A DNA stretch of 64,000 bases from a virus. A program made the translations under genes and the position numbers. Positions 17,495 through 28,090 of the stretch are shown in pieces. Position 1 is the first letter of the stretch; each line of letters starts with the position of its first letter. A model generated the notes under the pieces. That model had not been told where the DNA came from. It saw only the letters and a program-made list of their open reading frames with translations, and did no database searches. The stretch lies in IMG/VR virus record IMGVR_UViG_3300015371_000029, positions 2,438 through 66,437 of that record. One strand, written 5' to 3'.

Positions 17495-17956
17495 GTCCCG
17501 TACGGATGCGCTGCGTTGCGTTGCGGGACTCCTAAGTTGCGGTGCGGCCCCCGTGCAAGGAAAACCAGTCACAAACCCCGAGCACAACTCCACACGACAC
17601 CCCGAAAAAATTTTCAACTCATCCCAGAATCTGCCGCACAACTTTTACCCCGAAACCCACACGCCCCGAACCGCCGAAAAACGAAAAGCAACTCCACTAA
17701 AACTCTGCTCAACTGCCCACTTCCCCTCTACCCTACGCGCCCGCGCTCCCGGCCGGACGTAGAACAGACTGACTCATGCACATTTTCCTCGTGATCGCGC
17801 GTACGCTACTAATCTCCATAGAGTCAGGGGTCGTATCCGCGCGTGTACGCGTCATCGCGACACACACAGCGCACGCTGCAGCAGCTCCGCCCGCGCGGGA
17901 GGGCGAGACCAGCTATACTAACCCACTTAACAACCTAACACGCCACAGGAGGGAAA

Positions 17957-18247
17957 ATGGGCACCATCACCGTCGTCCACACAAAGGTTCTCACCCTCAC
18001 CTGCACAACTGAGGAGTTCTTCGAGCGGTTCCCCCTAACAAGGGACTACGACAAAGCAACGCTGGAGAAGTTCGCCCTGGGGATCTGGCGCAACGGCGAC
18101 AAGGCCGGCAGGCACAAGGGGCTGTTCGGGAATCTGGTCAAGTCGAACGACTACCGCGCCACAGTAGATCTACCCAACCCCACACCCCGCCGCACCCCTA
18201 AGAAATCCAACACCACACCGAAGCGCAGCGCGCGAAAGCCCCGCTAA
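17957..18247 (+). CDS. hypothetical basic protein
   Basis: AGGAGGG RBS. Confidence 0.6.
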   Translation: MGTITVVHTKVLTLTCTTEEFFERFPLTRDYDKATLEKFALGIWRNGDKAGRHKGLFGNLVKSNDYRATVDLPNPTPRRTPKKSNTTPKRSARKPR

Positions 18248-18345
18248 CGGTTCACTTTTCGCGCCAACTCCGAACACGTTAGAATACCCCTAGCTCGAAA
18301 ACCATTTGAACACCGCCACACACCACACACCCACGGGAGCTAAAC

Positions 18346-18525
18346 ATGAGTACAATCCTAGCAATAGAGACGAGTACATCGCGGCAGGAGATACCCGGCC
18401 GCTACCAGGTTGTAGAAGACGACAACCTAGTCGAGGAGACGATGAAGCTCCTCACGGCGCTCAAAGTCCTTCAGGAACGGGTCGAGAAGAAGATCGCATT
18501 TGAGGAGCGGGGGCTGAACTTTTGA
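18346..18525 (+). CDS. 59-aa hypothetical protein
   Basis: MSTILAIETS...; stop overlaps the next TTG. Confidence 0.5.
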   Translation: MSTILAIETSTSRQEIPGRYQVVEDDNLVEETMKLLTALKVLQERVEKKIAFEERGLNF

Positions 18526-18728
18526 TCCTCACCCGATTACTACCCTACAAGACACGCAAGAAGCTCTACTTCAAGCACTACGGCCCGCTCATAGCCCAGG
18601 TACGAGAGCACGACTGCGGGGACAAGTACGAATGCGAGTTCTGCCTCACGCGGATCTACATGATCGGGCAGGCCTCAATCGACTACGGTATCGACCCCGA
18701 CGTAGAAGCAGAGGAGATGTACCAGTGA
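18522..18728 (+). CDS. hypothetical protein
   Basis: Coupled ORF; HDCG..CEFC. Confidence 0.5.
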   Translation: MILTRLLPYKTRKKLYFKHYGPLIAQVREHDCGDKYECEFCLTRIYMIGQASIDYGIDPDVEAEEMYQ

Positions 18729-18967
18729 AGATTCCTAACATCCCTAACATCATTTGCCTAGTCCGAGGGCACCGCTGGCACAACGAACAGGGCGGATCCC
18801 AGATCGCCACGTCCGACGGCGCTAGCATTTGCTACCGTTGCGGGCACCGGGAGCAGCGCGGAGCCGATCCTGCGTCCTGGTTCGACTATCCGACCGACGC
18901 GACCGACAGCTGGGGCACGATCAACCCCGACAAGATCCCGGACGACGCCTCGCTGAGGTACAAATGA
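18725..18967 (+). CDS. small zinc-finger-like protein
   Basis: GTGA overlap; ICLVRGHRW...ICYRCG. Confidence 0.55.
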   Translation: MKIPNIPNIICLVRGHRWHNEQGGSQIATSDGASICYRCGHREQRGADPASWFDYPTDATDSWGTINPDKIPDDASLRYK

Positions 18968-19200
18968 ACATCCTCACGCTAAAATCTATCAAAGACCTCC
19001 GGCCCGGAGATCAAGTAGTCGCACTCGACAACGAGGAGGAAGGTGAACTTCTCATAGTTGTCGATGCAACCCGGCTGCTACTCGGGAACATCCAGGTTCG
19101 CTACCACGCCGGGATCTTTGAGTACGACGCGATCTACAGCCAGGACGACTCAGCCAGGCAGGTCGTCGTTCTCGACAAGCCGCTAGAGGTAGCCGGATGA
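18964..19200 (+). CDS. hypothetical protein
   Basis: ATGA overlap. Confidence 0.55.
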   Translation: MNILTLKSIKDLRPGDQVVALDNEEEGELLIVVDATRLLLGNIQVRYHAGIFEYDAIYSQDDSARQVVVLDKPLEVAG

Positions 19201-19391
19201 TCGTCATAGAGTTGTCACACCCGAGCGACCCGCGCTACCTCTTGATCTTTGGTGAGCCGCCCGAGCGCATATCGCCCGAAGAGGTCGGCTCCTGGCAGTA
19301 CGGCAAGCCGCTACTGTTCCCGCCTGGCCCCGTCACCCACGCCTACGCACAGCCGGACGGTGCCGGCACAGACTGGATTCGTCCGAATTGA
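19197..19391 (+). CDS. hypothetical protein
   Basis: ATGA overlap. Confidence 0.5.
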   Translation: MIVIELSHPSDPRYLLIFGEPPERISPEEVGSWQYGKPLLFPPGPVTHAYAQPDGAGTDWIRPN

Positions 19392-19476
19392 GGATCGACG
19401 TTCTCTTCCTCTGGGCGATTGTTGCGTTGCTGGCCGGTCTCCTGTTCGGTCTCGCAATCGGGGCCTGGTTGCTCTC

Positions 19477-20001
19477 TTGATCGCCGTCTTCGCGATTGAC
19501 CCCGGAAAGGCCACCGGCCTCGCTTCGGGGATCTTTGACGAGACGCAAAAAAGCATGTACCAGGTGCTCAAGAAGGCGAAGCGCCTCCAGACCACGACGA
19601 TCAGCGGCACCCCCGTCAGCCAGGCTCGGCAGCTCTCGGCGCGCTGGCGCTCCTTCCGCTCGCTAACCTACGCTCTGGACGGCGTGCCGCTTGAGAACAT
19701 CTACATGTTGATCGAAGACTTTCAAATCTCGCCGACGACACCGCCTGGTGAGCAGATCCTCTGGGCAATGAAGGTCACTTGGTGCCTAGTCGGCTACCGT
19801 CACGGCGGGGCAGATGAGTGGGATCGGCAGGTAGCCCCCCCGCTGGCGCCGGTCGAGATCGAGTGGCAGTCACCGTCCCAGGCAAAGTCCTACGCCACCG
19901 ACGAGCGGCTACGGCGCTGGGGCCTCTGGGTCAAAGGGAAAGATCACGAGCGCGACGCACTTCGACACGTCGCTGCCTTTCTCAACAACCACATCAAGTA
20001 G
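19477..20001 (+). CDS. RuvC-like (RNase H fold) resolvase/nuclease
   Basis: IAVFAIDPGKATGLA, LIEDF, HERDALRH. Confidence 0.7.
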   Translation: MIAVFAIDPGKATGLASGIFDETQKSMYQVLKKAKRLQTTTISGTPVSQARQLSARWRSFRSLTYALDGVPLENIYMLIEDFQISPTTPPGEQILWAMKVTWCLVGYRHGGADEWDRQVAPPLAPVEIEWQSPSQAKSYATDERLRRWGLWVKGKDHERDALRHVAAFLNNHIK

Positions 20002-20009
20002 AGGAGAAA

Positions 20010-20264
20010 ATGTTCTTGGCCAGCCTCCGCAAAACTTCCGATCTGCGCAACGACCCGCGTTACGACTTCATGGTCGGACACCTACTCGGTGTCGCTGAAC
20101 ACTTGATCTACCATCTGGCGCTTTACGGCGACGAGAAGGAGCAGGAAATGGCCCGCCGCTCCAACAACAACCTCGCCTTCTTCTACACAGGCTCACGCGA
20201 GCCGCTGCCGGAATGGCCGCCCGAAGCCGCCACGCCGCCCGAGAAGCTCATCCGAAAACCATGA
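20010..20264 (+). CDS. hypothetical protein
   Basis: GAGGAG RBS; ATG at 20010. Confidence 0.55.
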   Translation: MFLASLRKTSDLRNDPRYDFMVGHLLGVAEHLIYHLALYGDEKEQEMARRSNNNLAFFYTGSREPLPEWPPEAATPPEKLIRKP

Positions 20265-20479
20265 GTGACGAAGAGCACTACATGAGCATTCCGGTCTCCG
20301 AGTTCGAAGCATTGCACGAAAAACTGGATAGGGCGCGACTGATCGCTCGAACTCTCTTTGCGATGGTGCCTCGACAAGCATGGCTCGATTCGGGTGGCGA
20401 CGATGGTCAAGGGCATTACGAGGGTGACTATCGGGCCGCAACACTGCAGAAAGAGATCGCCACCTGGGATCAGGAATGA
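20261..20479 (+). CDS. hypothetical protein
   Basis: ATGA overlap. Confidence 0.55.
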   Translation: MSDEEHYMSIPVSEFEALHEKLDRARLIARTLFAMVPRQAWLDSGGDDGQGHYEGDYRAATLQKEIATWDQE

Positions 20480-20802
20480 AGTTCTATGACGACACGACTG
20501 GGTGGGATCTCTGGACTCTGCACCCCAACACGACTTACAGCACTAACTACTACATCAACACGGTGACCAACGCATTCCGGGAGTTCGGCGAGAAGCTCAA
20601 GAAGATCAACATCGCATTCCGCCCCAAATGGGGCAGCCGCGAGTGGCACCGCGCAAACCATCTCGCGGTCACCTCGCGGGAGTTCCCGAGACCCCTGCCG
20701 GCCCGTCTCATGGTCTACATGCCTGAGCCGACCTTCCGCAAGTGTCCTTCTCGGCGCGGGCACACCGGCTGGGTGCGACGCGGCACGCGGAGGCCGCTTT
20801 GA
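20476..20802 (+). CDS. hypothetical protein
   Basis: ATGA overlap. Confidence 0.5.
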   Translation: MKFYDDTTGWDLWTLHPNTTYSTNYYINTVTNAFREFGEKLKKINIAFRPKWGSREWHRANHLAVTSREFPRPLPARLMVYMPEPTFRKCPSRRGHTGWVRRGTRRPL

Positions 20803-21553
20803 CGCACAACCGGATCGTCTTCAAGCTCATCTTCGTGAATGAGGAGACGGAGGAAGAGTTGTGGATCGAAGAGAAGGAGTTGTACGTTGAGCACAACGAC
20901 TCGGTTGTCTGGAAGATCCCAAGCCGCTTCACAGAGGAAGGCATCTTTGTATCGGTGAAGGTCGTCCAGGGTTGACGAAGCCGTACTTGACGAAGGTCTG
21001 GATCGGTCGCCATTGGTGGTATCTCGACACCCGCAAGAGATGGAGAAGCCGTAACGTGTTCATTTTTCGGCGCTGGGTCGGATCCGTCAGCTATCGTAAG
21101 ACGAACGATGTCTAATCTTCCCGTCAATTTCTGGGTTTTGTGCATTCCGGCTAAGGAGTTGAACATACTCCACCACGCAATGAGCTTGCTCGTTAGCCGA
21201 CCTGACCTGTCTGAGAGTGAATCTCAAATAGCAGAACAGGTCGCCGCAGACCTCCGCGCCGAGCACGCCCGCCGCAGTCACTAGCCTCTCTGCCTCGCGC
21301 GTACGTCCCTACCCTATGGGGAGGGGTAGACAGCTGGCGTAGCATCCAGTAAGATCCCCGCTGCGTGCAGATTCGTGGCCTAATCCCAGTTCCGCCGAGA
21401 GTCCCGCCGCCGCCGCCGGTCTGGCACTCAATCCAGCCCGGCCCAGGGCAAATTCCAATCGACCAGTACGAGTGGGATGAGCGCAGCAACAAGGTCAGGC
21501 GGGTTACGGAACATGTCGTCGTGTACAAGTACCCGGAGCGGCCACTTTGAGAT

Positions 21554-21757
21554 ATGACAGTCGCGTTCTTCAATCAACCCATGTCGCTCACGATTGAAGA
21601 GTGTGACAGCGAGATCGCAAAGATCTGGAAAATGATCAAATCAGCCCCACTCTCACAGGAAAACCCCGCTCGCAGGCATCGTATTGATGTCTACCTTGAT
21701 GCGCGGCTTCAGATCCAGAAGGAGGCCGAAATGGAACTTGTGGGAGATCCGCAGTAG
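21554..21757 (+). CDS. hypothetical protein
   Basis: ORF immediately before the terminase genes. Confidence 0.5.
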   Translation: MTVAFFNQPMSLTIEECDSEIAKIWKMIKSAPLSQENPARRHRIDVYLDARLQIQKEAEMELVGDPQ

Positions 21758-21776
21758 GGCGAATGGGAGGGCGCGG

Positions 21777-22607
21777 ATGCCTATCAACGTGAGCCCAAAC
21801 GCCCCGAAGAGGGGCGATCCTCGCAAGCTTCGCAAGCTGGAGCACCACGAGCCGGGGGAGTCGGCCTACGGCCGCGCCATGTACAAGAAGCGCCAGGAGG
21901 CGAGTCGCAAGAAGCGTAAGCACAACGGCGCTCAGTCTGTCGCTCGCAAGGCACGCCTGGCCTCGGAGCCAGCGCCGAAGACCGAAGCGGAGCGCAAAGA
22001 GCGAATGAAGAGTGCGAAGCCTCTCTATTGCGGCGCGAAGACGAAGCAGGGCAAGAAGTGCCGCATGGCTGCCGGCCTCGGCACGAACCATCTCGGGATC
22101 GGGGCCTGCAAGTTTCACGGCGGCAACACTGCCGCCCACATCGTCTCGGCCGCAAAGAAGAAGGCGCAGGCGAACGCCATCCTGCTCGGAGCGCCGAAGG
22201 AGATCAACCCGCTCGACGCGATCATCTGGTGCATCCAGATCAAGGCGGGCGAAGTTCAGTGGCTGAGCGAGAAGATCGCCGACATCGAGCAGAAGGATTG
22301 GATCGAAGAGTCGATGGTTGGGAAGCGGTTTCACCTCTTTGTACGGCAGCGCGACGACGCAACGAAGTCGCTCGTGGACTTCTCCAAGACGGCGATCACC
22401 CTCGGTCTCGCAGAGCGCGCAGTCAAGCTCGCGGAGCAGTACGGCGAGATGCTAGCGCAGCTGATCAAGGGGATCCTCGGCGATCTCAACCTCGACGCGA
22501 ATCAGCGAGCGGCTGCGCCGGCAATCATCCGGCGACACCTGATCCTCGTCCAGGGCGGTACTTCAGCAGGAGAGCTGCCGCCGGGAACTGAGGAACTCGC
22601 TCAATGA
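21777..22607 (+). CDS. probable terminase small subunit (HGGxSTG-like domain)
   Basis: YCGAKTKQGKKC...ACKFHGG; directly upstream of the large terminase. Confidence 0.65.
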   Translation: MPINVSPNAPKRGDPRKLRKLEHHEPGESAYGRAMYKKRQEASRKKRKHNGAQSVARKARLASEPAPKTEAERKERMKSAKPLYCGAKTKQGKKCRMAAGLGTNHLGIGACKFHGGNTAAHIVSAAKKKAQANAILLGAPKEINPLDAIIWCIQIKAGEVQWLSEKIADIEQKDWIEESMVGKRFHLFVRQRDDATKSLVDFSKTAITLGLAERAVKLAEQYGEMLAQLIKGILGDLNLDANQRAAAPAIIRRHLILVQGGTSAGELPPGTEELAQ

Positions 22608-24076
22608 TCGATGCGGTCTTTCCGAAGGGAGCCATAGATGTTGCCTTGGAACGGCTCTTTCCGAGTCCAGATCCGCACACGAACGATCCCGTCGGTTGGG
22701 TCAACGATAAGCTTCATGAGTTCATTTGGAGCAAGCAGCGTGAGATCCTGGAGTCGGTTCGGGACAACCGCTACACAGCCGTCAAGTCCTGCCACGGGCC
22801 GGGCAAATCTTATACTGCCGCCCGAGCTGTCTGCTGGTGGCTAGACATCCACGAGTTGGGGTCGGCCTTCGCCGTCACCACGGCTCCCAGCTGGCCTCAG
22901 GTGGAGGCGATTCTTTGGCGCGAGATCAACCGCGCACACCGGAAGGGCGAGCTGAACGGACGCATCACCCGCGAGTGTCATTGGTACATGGGGGAGGGCC
23001 GCTCCAACGAGGAGCTGATCGCCATGGGCCGGAAGCCTGCAGACTACGACGAAGAGGCATTCCAAGGCATCCATGCGCGCTACGTTCTGATCGTGATTGA
23101 CGAGGCCTGTGCAGTACCGCCTGCACTCGTCAATGCGGCGAAGACGCTGATGACGAACCCCTATGCACGCATCCTCGCTATCGGCAACCCGGACGATCCG
23201 GCCAGCTGGTTCGCGGATGCGTGCAAACCGGGCAGCGGCTGGAACACCATCAAGATCTCGGCCTGGGACACTCCGCACTTCACCGGCGAGAAGGTCCCGG
23301 ACGAGTTGCTGCTGGATCTCGTGTCGCCGGAGTGGGTAGACGAGCGCCGCGACGACTGGGGAGAGGGATCCAACATCTGGCAGTCCAAGGTCGAGGCAGA
23401 GTTCCCGGATGTCTCGGATGAGTACCTGATCTCGCCCGCGTTCCTTCAAAAGGCGTATGATACCAATATTCCGGGTTTCGAGTTCGGGCGCTACGGCATA
23501 GACATCGCGCGGATGGGCGAAGATAAAACAGCCATCTACCGGAATCGCGGCGGACACATCCGTTTCGTGGATTCTTGGGGGCAAACCGACACGATGCGCA
23601 CGGCCGGTAAGATCGGATTGATCCTGCAGGGTCATTATCCGCGCCGGGTACCCGCTACGGTCGATGCAATCGGCGTCGGGGCCGGTGTAGCCGACCGTTT
23701 GCGCGAGCGCGGCTTCGAAATCAGCGCCTTTGAGGGCAGTGCACGCGCTTTTCGATACAACAAGTTCAAGAATCGGCGTGCCGAGATTTTCTGGGGCTTC
23801 CGTCAGCAGATGGAAGCGGGCCTGATCGACCTCGATCCAGAGGACACGAAGCTTGCAGCGGAGTTGCAGAACATCAAATACTGGATCGACTCATCGCAAC
23901 GCATCGTAATCGAGTCGAAAGAGGAGATGCGCAAGCGCGGATTCCCCTCTCCAGACCGCGCTGACGCTGCAGTCTACTCGACTGCCTCCCTCAACCTCAC
24001 GGCAGAGCAGATTATCGCCAATGAAATGACTGGCGAAGGCCCGCTCGCCGACGATTTGATGGAAAAGGTGATGTAA
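22604..24076 (+). CDS. terL: terminase large subunit
   Basis: Walker A SCHGPGKS, Walker B VIDEA, IGNP, nuclease GIDIARMGED and SPDRADA. Confidence 0.92.
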   Translation: MIDAVFPKGAIDVALERLFPSPDPHTNDPVGWVNDKLHEFIWSKQREILESVRDNRYTAVKSCHGPGKSYTAARAVCWWLDIHELGSAFAVTTAPSWPQVEAILWREINRAHRKGELNGRITRECHWYMGEGRSNEELIAMGRKPADYDEEAFQGIHARYVLIVIDEACAVPPALVNAAKTLMTNPYARILAIGNPDDPASWFADACKPGSGWNTIKISAWDTPHFTGEKVPDELLLDLVSPEWVDERRDDWGEGSNIWQSKVEAEFPDVSDEYLISPAFLQKAYDTNIPGFEFGRYGIDIARMGEDKTAIYRNRGGHIRFVDSWGQTDTMRTAGKIGLILQGHYPRRVPATVDAIGVGAGVADRLRERGFEISAFEGSARAFRYNKFKNRRAEIFWGFRQQMEAGLIDLDPEDTKLAAELQNIKYWIDSSQRIVIESKEEMRKRGFPSPDRADAAVYSTASLNLTAEQIIANEMTGEGPLADDLMEKVM

Positions 24077-24077
24077 A

Positions 24078-25607
24078 GTGGCGATCAAGATCAGCGAACT
24101 CTCATCTCGCCCGCCGACAAACGAGATCGGCACCGTTCTCCAAGGCGTTTTCTCTCCTGCATCGATGGAAGCGTTCGTAACGCCGTTGATGGACGTCACG
24201 GAGTGGGTTCCGGAGCTGACTTGGCCCACTTCCGTGAGCACTTACCACCGTATGCGGGCAGATACGCAGGTCGGCGCGCTCTATCGGGGCGCGACACTGC
24301 CAATTCGCCGCTACAAGTGGATGATCGACCCAAATGAGGCTCCTGACGACATGGTTCAGGCGCTTTCACAGGATTTGAACATCCCAATCGAGGGCGAAGA
24401 GGAAATTTCTCCACGTCGGAGGCGAAAGCACCGCTTCATCTTCGGCGAACACCTGCGAAAGGCGCTTTTGGGCCTGATCTACGGTCACATGTTCTTCGAA
24501 CAGGTCGTAGAGATCCAGGAAGACGGCAAATGGCACCTGCGGAAGCTTGCGGAGCGGATGCCGAACACGATTCAGCAGATGATCGTGGCTCCGGACGGCG
24601 GTTTGGTGGCAATTCAGCAGAACATCCAGTCGAACAACTACCTGCTGAACCCGGCGACAGACCCATTCCCTACAATTCCGGTGGATCGGCTGGTGGCCTA
24701 TGTCTGGGACTTGGAGGGCGGGAACTGGTTCGGCCGTTCTTTGTTCCGTGAGTGCTACAAGAACTGGTTGATCAAGGATCGTCTTCTGCGGATCGATGCC
24801 ATCAATCACGCGCGTGCCGGCGGCGTTCCGATTGCAACAGCCCCGCCAGAGGCGACGCAGGGTGAGATCTCCAAGATCAGCCAGATGGCACAGGAGTTCA
24901 GGGTCGGAGAAACCTCGGGCGGCGCTGTGCCGTACGGAACTAGTTTCGACATCATCAAGTCATCGAGCGTCAGCACCGTGGATTCGATGAAGTACCACGA
25001 CGAGGCGATGGCTCGCTTCTTCTTGATGATGTTCATGCAGCTGGGGCAGACTCGCACCGGCAGTCGCGCGCTCGGGGCAACCTTCATTGACTTCTTCAAG
25101 GAGTCGCAGGACACGATTGCTTGGTGGTTCGCCGACATCTTCGGGGAGCATGTGATCGAGGATTGGGTGGACTGGAACTACGGCGAGGATGTCGAGGTCG
25201 TGCCGATGCTCACATTTAAGCGCGACCCCGATATGGCTATCGCTGACATTGTGACCTTGATCGAGGCCGGTGCGATTGTCGTTGATAAGGATCTGGAAGC
25301 CGCTCTAAGAGATGAGCTGGGACTCCCGGATAAGGCGGCAGGCGCTAAGAATCCGCAGGCGTTGGAGAAGCCGGGTCCGCCACCGCAACCGCCGCCACCG
25401 CCGCCTCCGGAGAAGACAACTCCGGAGATACCGCCGCCGGGAGAAACAGTTCCGCCAACTCAGCAGAAGCCCGCAGACAAGCCGGTCACTGCTGCAGGCC
25501 GACTAGAGCGGACGGGTGACGGTGATGGGGGCTTGCTCCCTCCCTCTGCACGGTCCAGTGCTCGTCCGCTCGAAGCGGCAATCAGATTTTTCAGGAGAGA
25601 TGAATGA
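24078..25607 (+). CDS. portal protein (Mu gp29/DUF935-like)
   Basis: Follows terL; GNWFGRSLFRECY, GQTRTGSRALG; Pro-rich tail. Confidence 0.85.
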   Translation: MAIKISELSSRPPTNEIGTVLQGVFSPASMEAFVTPLMDVTEWVPELTWPTSVSTYHRMRADTQVGALYRGATLPIRRYKWMIDPNEAPDDMVQALSQDLNIPIEGEEEISPRRRRKHRFIFGEHLRKALLGLIYGHMFFEQVVEIQEDGKWHLRKLAERMPNTIQQMIVAPDGGLVAIQQNIQSNNYLLNPATDPFPTIPVDRLVAYVWDLEGGNWFGRSLFRECYKNWLIKDRLLRIDAINHARAGGVPIATAPPEATQGEISKISQMAQEFRVGETSGGAVPYGTSFDIIKSSSVSTVDSMKYHDEAMARFFLMMFMQLGQTRTGSRALGATFIDFFKESQDTIAWWFADIFGEHVIEDWVDWNYGEDVEVVPMLTFKRDPDMAIADIVTLIEAGAIVVDKDLEAALRDELGLPDKAAGAKNPQALEKPGPPPQPPPPPPPEKTTPEIPPPGETVPPTQQKPADKPVTAAGRLERTGDGDGGLLPPSARSSARPLEAAIRFFRRDE

Positions 25608-26076
25608 AGAAGATGATCGTGCTCTTCTATCATACCTGCCTTGAGGACGAAGACGAGGCGAAGTCTCTCTGCAAGGAAATGATCGACCAGATCCAGCGTA
25701 GACGAGATGCCCAGGGAGTCGCCAAAGAGGTTTTCACGATCCAAGGGGTGGTGATCGACGCATGAACAGAACTCTGACAGTCGGAGAGATCGCATGGGTC
25801 TCAATAGCGATCATTCTTCTTGTCTGGCTCGTCCATACCTGGTAGATGGAGAAGAAGAACCCATACAAAATGCGGCCGGGGCACCAACCACCGAAGAAGG
25901 ATGTCCCAAGATGGCCGCTGGTAGAGAAGCGAAAGGAGGTTGGGAATGCCGCAGAAAATCGGAAAGGGACCTAAGGGGCCGACGTTTCACACCAAGACCC
26001 CGAAGGGCACGAACCTGCCAGTTGGCCGCAAGAATCCGGGCGCTGGAAAGAACACCCTCAAGAGGGGAGGTAAGTA

Positions 26077-26271
26077 GTGGCAGGAAAGACCAACACATCA
26101 ATTCCAACGCCTGCCAAGAGCCTCGGCGGGCGCTTCGGTGCTGGCGACCCACAGGTTGCCTCTCCGGAGACGCAGCCCTTGGAGACGGCTATGCGTGACT
26201 TCCCACGCACGGCGACCTTCAAGAAGGCGTACGACAAGAGCCGGAAGACCGGCGGGACCGGCCTCAGTTAG
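26077..26271 (+). CDS. small hypothetical protein
   Basis: GGAGG RBS, GTG start. Confidence 0.45.
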   Translation: MAGKTNTSIPTPAKSLGGRFGAGDPQVASPETQPLETAMRDFPRTATFKKAYDKSRKTGGTGLS

Positions 26272-26341
26272 GGGAGGTGTAGTAAGTGTCCGCACCCAAA
26301 GGCATCATTAGGCCGAAGCCAGCCACGAAGCGGGGAAAGTA

Positions 26342-28081
26342 ATGCCGTACGAGCTGAAGAAGAGTGGCGGCCAGTACTGCGTCTACAAGAAGGGCGACAG
26401 CAGCCCTGTGCCCGGTGGCTGCCACGCAACCCGCAAGGAGGCGGTCGCTCACATGCGCGCTCTCTACGTCAATGTCGAGGGATCGCTGTCTGATCCTCCG
26501 GCGACCATGGAGGATGCGCAGGTGATTGCCGACAACAACGGCTGGGCGCTGGAGAAGATCGACGGCACAGCGTTTTGGCGGCTGAAGAATGTCCCGATTG
26601 CTTCAACCGGAATCGAGTACGCTCTCTCAACTGGTAAGCACACGTTTACGCCAGAGGATCTGGCCGATGCTGTAGCTGCGCAGGAGGATCCAGCAATTGT
26701 ACAGCCTCGCATCTGGCTCGGGCACACGGATCCTCGGTTCAACGGTGACGGGGAGCCAGCACTCGGCCGTGTTGAGGCGATGCGGCTCTCCGAGGATGGG
26801 AACACGATCCTCGGAGACTACGTGGGGTTGCCGGAATGGCTCGCGAAGATCATGCCGGTGGCCTATCCCAGCCGCTCCATCGAAGGGCAGGTCAATGCCA
26901 AGACGGTGACAGGGAAGCAGTACGGTCTCGTCATCACTGCAGTCAAGCAGCTCGGCATCGTCTGGCCCGGAATCAGCACGCTGGAAGACATCCCGGTGCT
27001 CCTCAGCTCTCAGGGGCCGAAGGATGTCAAGATCGAAGCCGCGAAAGGAGGTACGTTGGACATAGCGGCAGAGGTCAACGTCGAGGATGTTCGCCGGGCG
27101 TTCTACGATGAGCTGCAGGCCCAGGAGGATCCGAACAAGAAGTGGTGGTGGATCAGGGTTCAGCAGGTCGTCAGCGGCAAGGGGCAGTTGATCGTGGACG
27201 ATGACAATGGCCAGCTCTACCGGGTCGAATACTCGGTCTCGGGCGAAAAGATCAAATTCGCCGATCCGGTGCCAGTCAAGATCCAGTACCAGGATCAGCC
27301 AGCCGACTCGATGGCTGCTGCTGCCGCTGTCATCGCCGGCATCTGCGCGGTAGACGATGTCCCAAAGATCGTCTATGCGTCGCGGGAAGAGTCGTTGATC
27401 GCAGACGACAAGGAAGCAACATCAACATCAACGGAAGGGGTGGAGATGGACGAGGCGACTCGGAAGTTCCTTGCCGCCAAGTTCGGCCTGGCGGAGGATG
27501 CCAGCGAGCAGGAGATCGAAGGCATTCTCGCCGGAGTCGGCAACGGCAAGCCAAAGGACGTGAAGGCAGAGACGGAGACGCCGCCCGACGCCGACGACGG
27601 CGACGAGGACGACGGCAACAGCGCCGATGAGGACGAGGAGAGCGAGACAACGCCAGCCTCGACTCCGGCAACGCCGACGGCGGCGCAGGAAGGCGTCGTG
27701 TCGGTCGATGCGGCAACGTGGGAGGAGGTCCGGGCGAATGCGGCGCTTGCCGCGAAGATGAACGAAGACCGGATCGCCGCCGACGACGGACGCATGCTCG
27801 ACGACGCGATCAGGGCCGGCAAGTTCCCACCGTCCCGCAAGGAGCACTACGTCAAGCTCCTGAAGGCAGATCGCGACGGTACCAAGTCGATGATCGAGGG
27901 CCTGAGCCCAGGTCTGATCCCGGTCAGCGAGCGTGGCAACTCCGGAGGCAGCGAGGAGTTGAAGGCGGGCCAGGCAAGCAACGCTGCTGAGGGACTTCCG
28001 GGGGATTGGTTCCCCGAGGTCGCCTCGATCCGCGCAAGGGCCGCTCAGGAGCGGCACGTCTTCCAGGCCAAAGAAGGGTAG
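26342..28081 (+). CDS. capsid maturation protease fused to scaffold
   Basis: Between portal and capsid; IWLGH...AYPSRSIE; acidic scaffold-like C-terminus. Confidence 0.75.
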   Translation: MPYELKKSGGQYCVYKKGDSSPVPGGCHATRKEAVAHMRALYVNVEGSLSDPPATMEDAQVIADNNGWALEKIDGTAFWRLKNVPIASTGIEYALSTGKHTFTPEDLADAVAAQEDPAIVQPRIWLGHTDPRFNGDGEPALGRVEAMRLSEDGNTILGDYVGLPEWLAKIMPVAYPSRSIEGQVNAKTVTGKQYGLVITAVKQLGIVWPGISTLEDIPVLLSSQGPKDVKIEAAKGGTLDIAAEVNVEDVRRAFYDELQAQEDPNKKWWWIRVQQVVSGKGQLIVDDDNGQLYRVEYSVSGEKIKFADPVPVKIQYQDQPADSMAAAAAVIAGICAVDDVPKIVYASREESLIADDKEATSTSTEGVEMDEATRKFLAAKFGLAEDASEQEIEGILAGVGNGKPKDVKAETETPPDADDGDEDDGNSADEDEESETTPASTPATPTAAQEGVVSVDAATWEEVRANAALAAKMNEDRIAADDGRMLDDAIRAGKFPPSRKEHYVKLLKADRDGTKSMIEGLSPGLIPVSERGNSGGSEELKAGQASNAAEGLPGDWFPEVASIRARAAQERHVFQAKEG

Positions 28082-28090
28082 GTGAACTAG

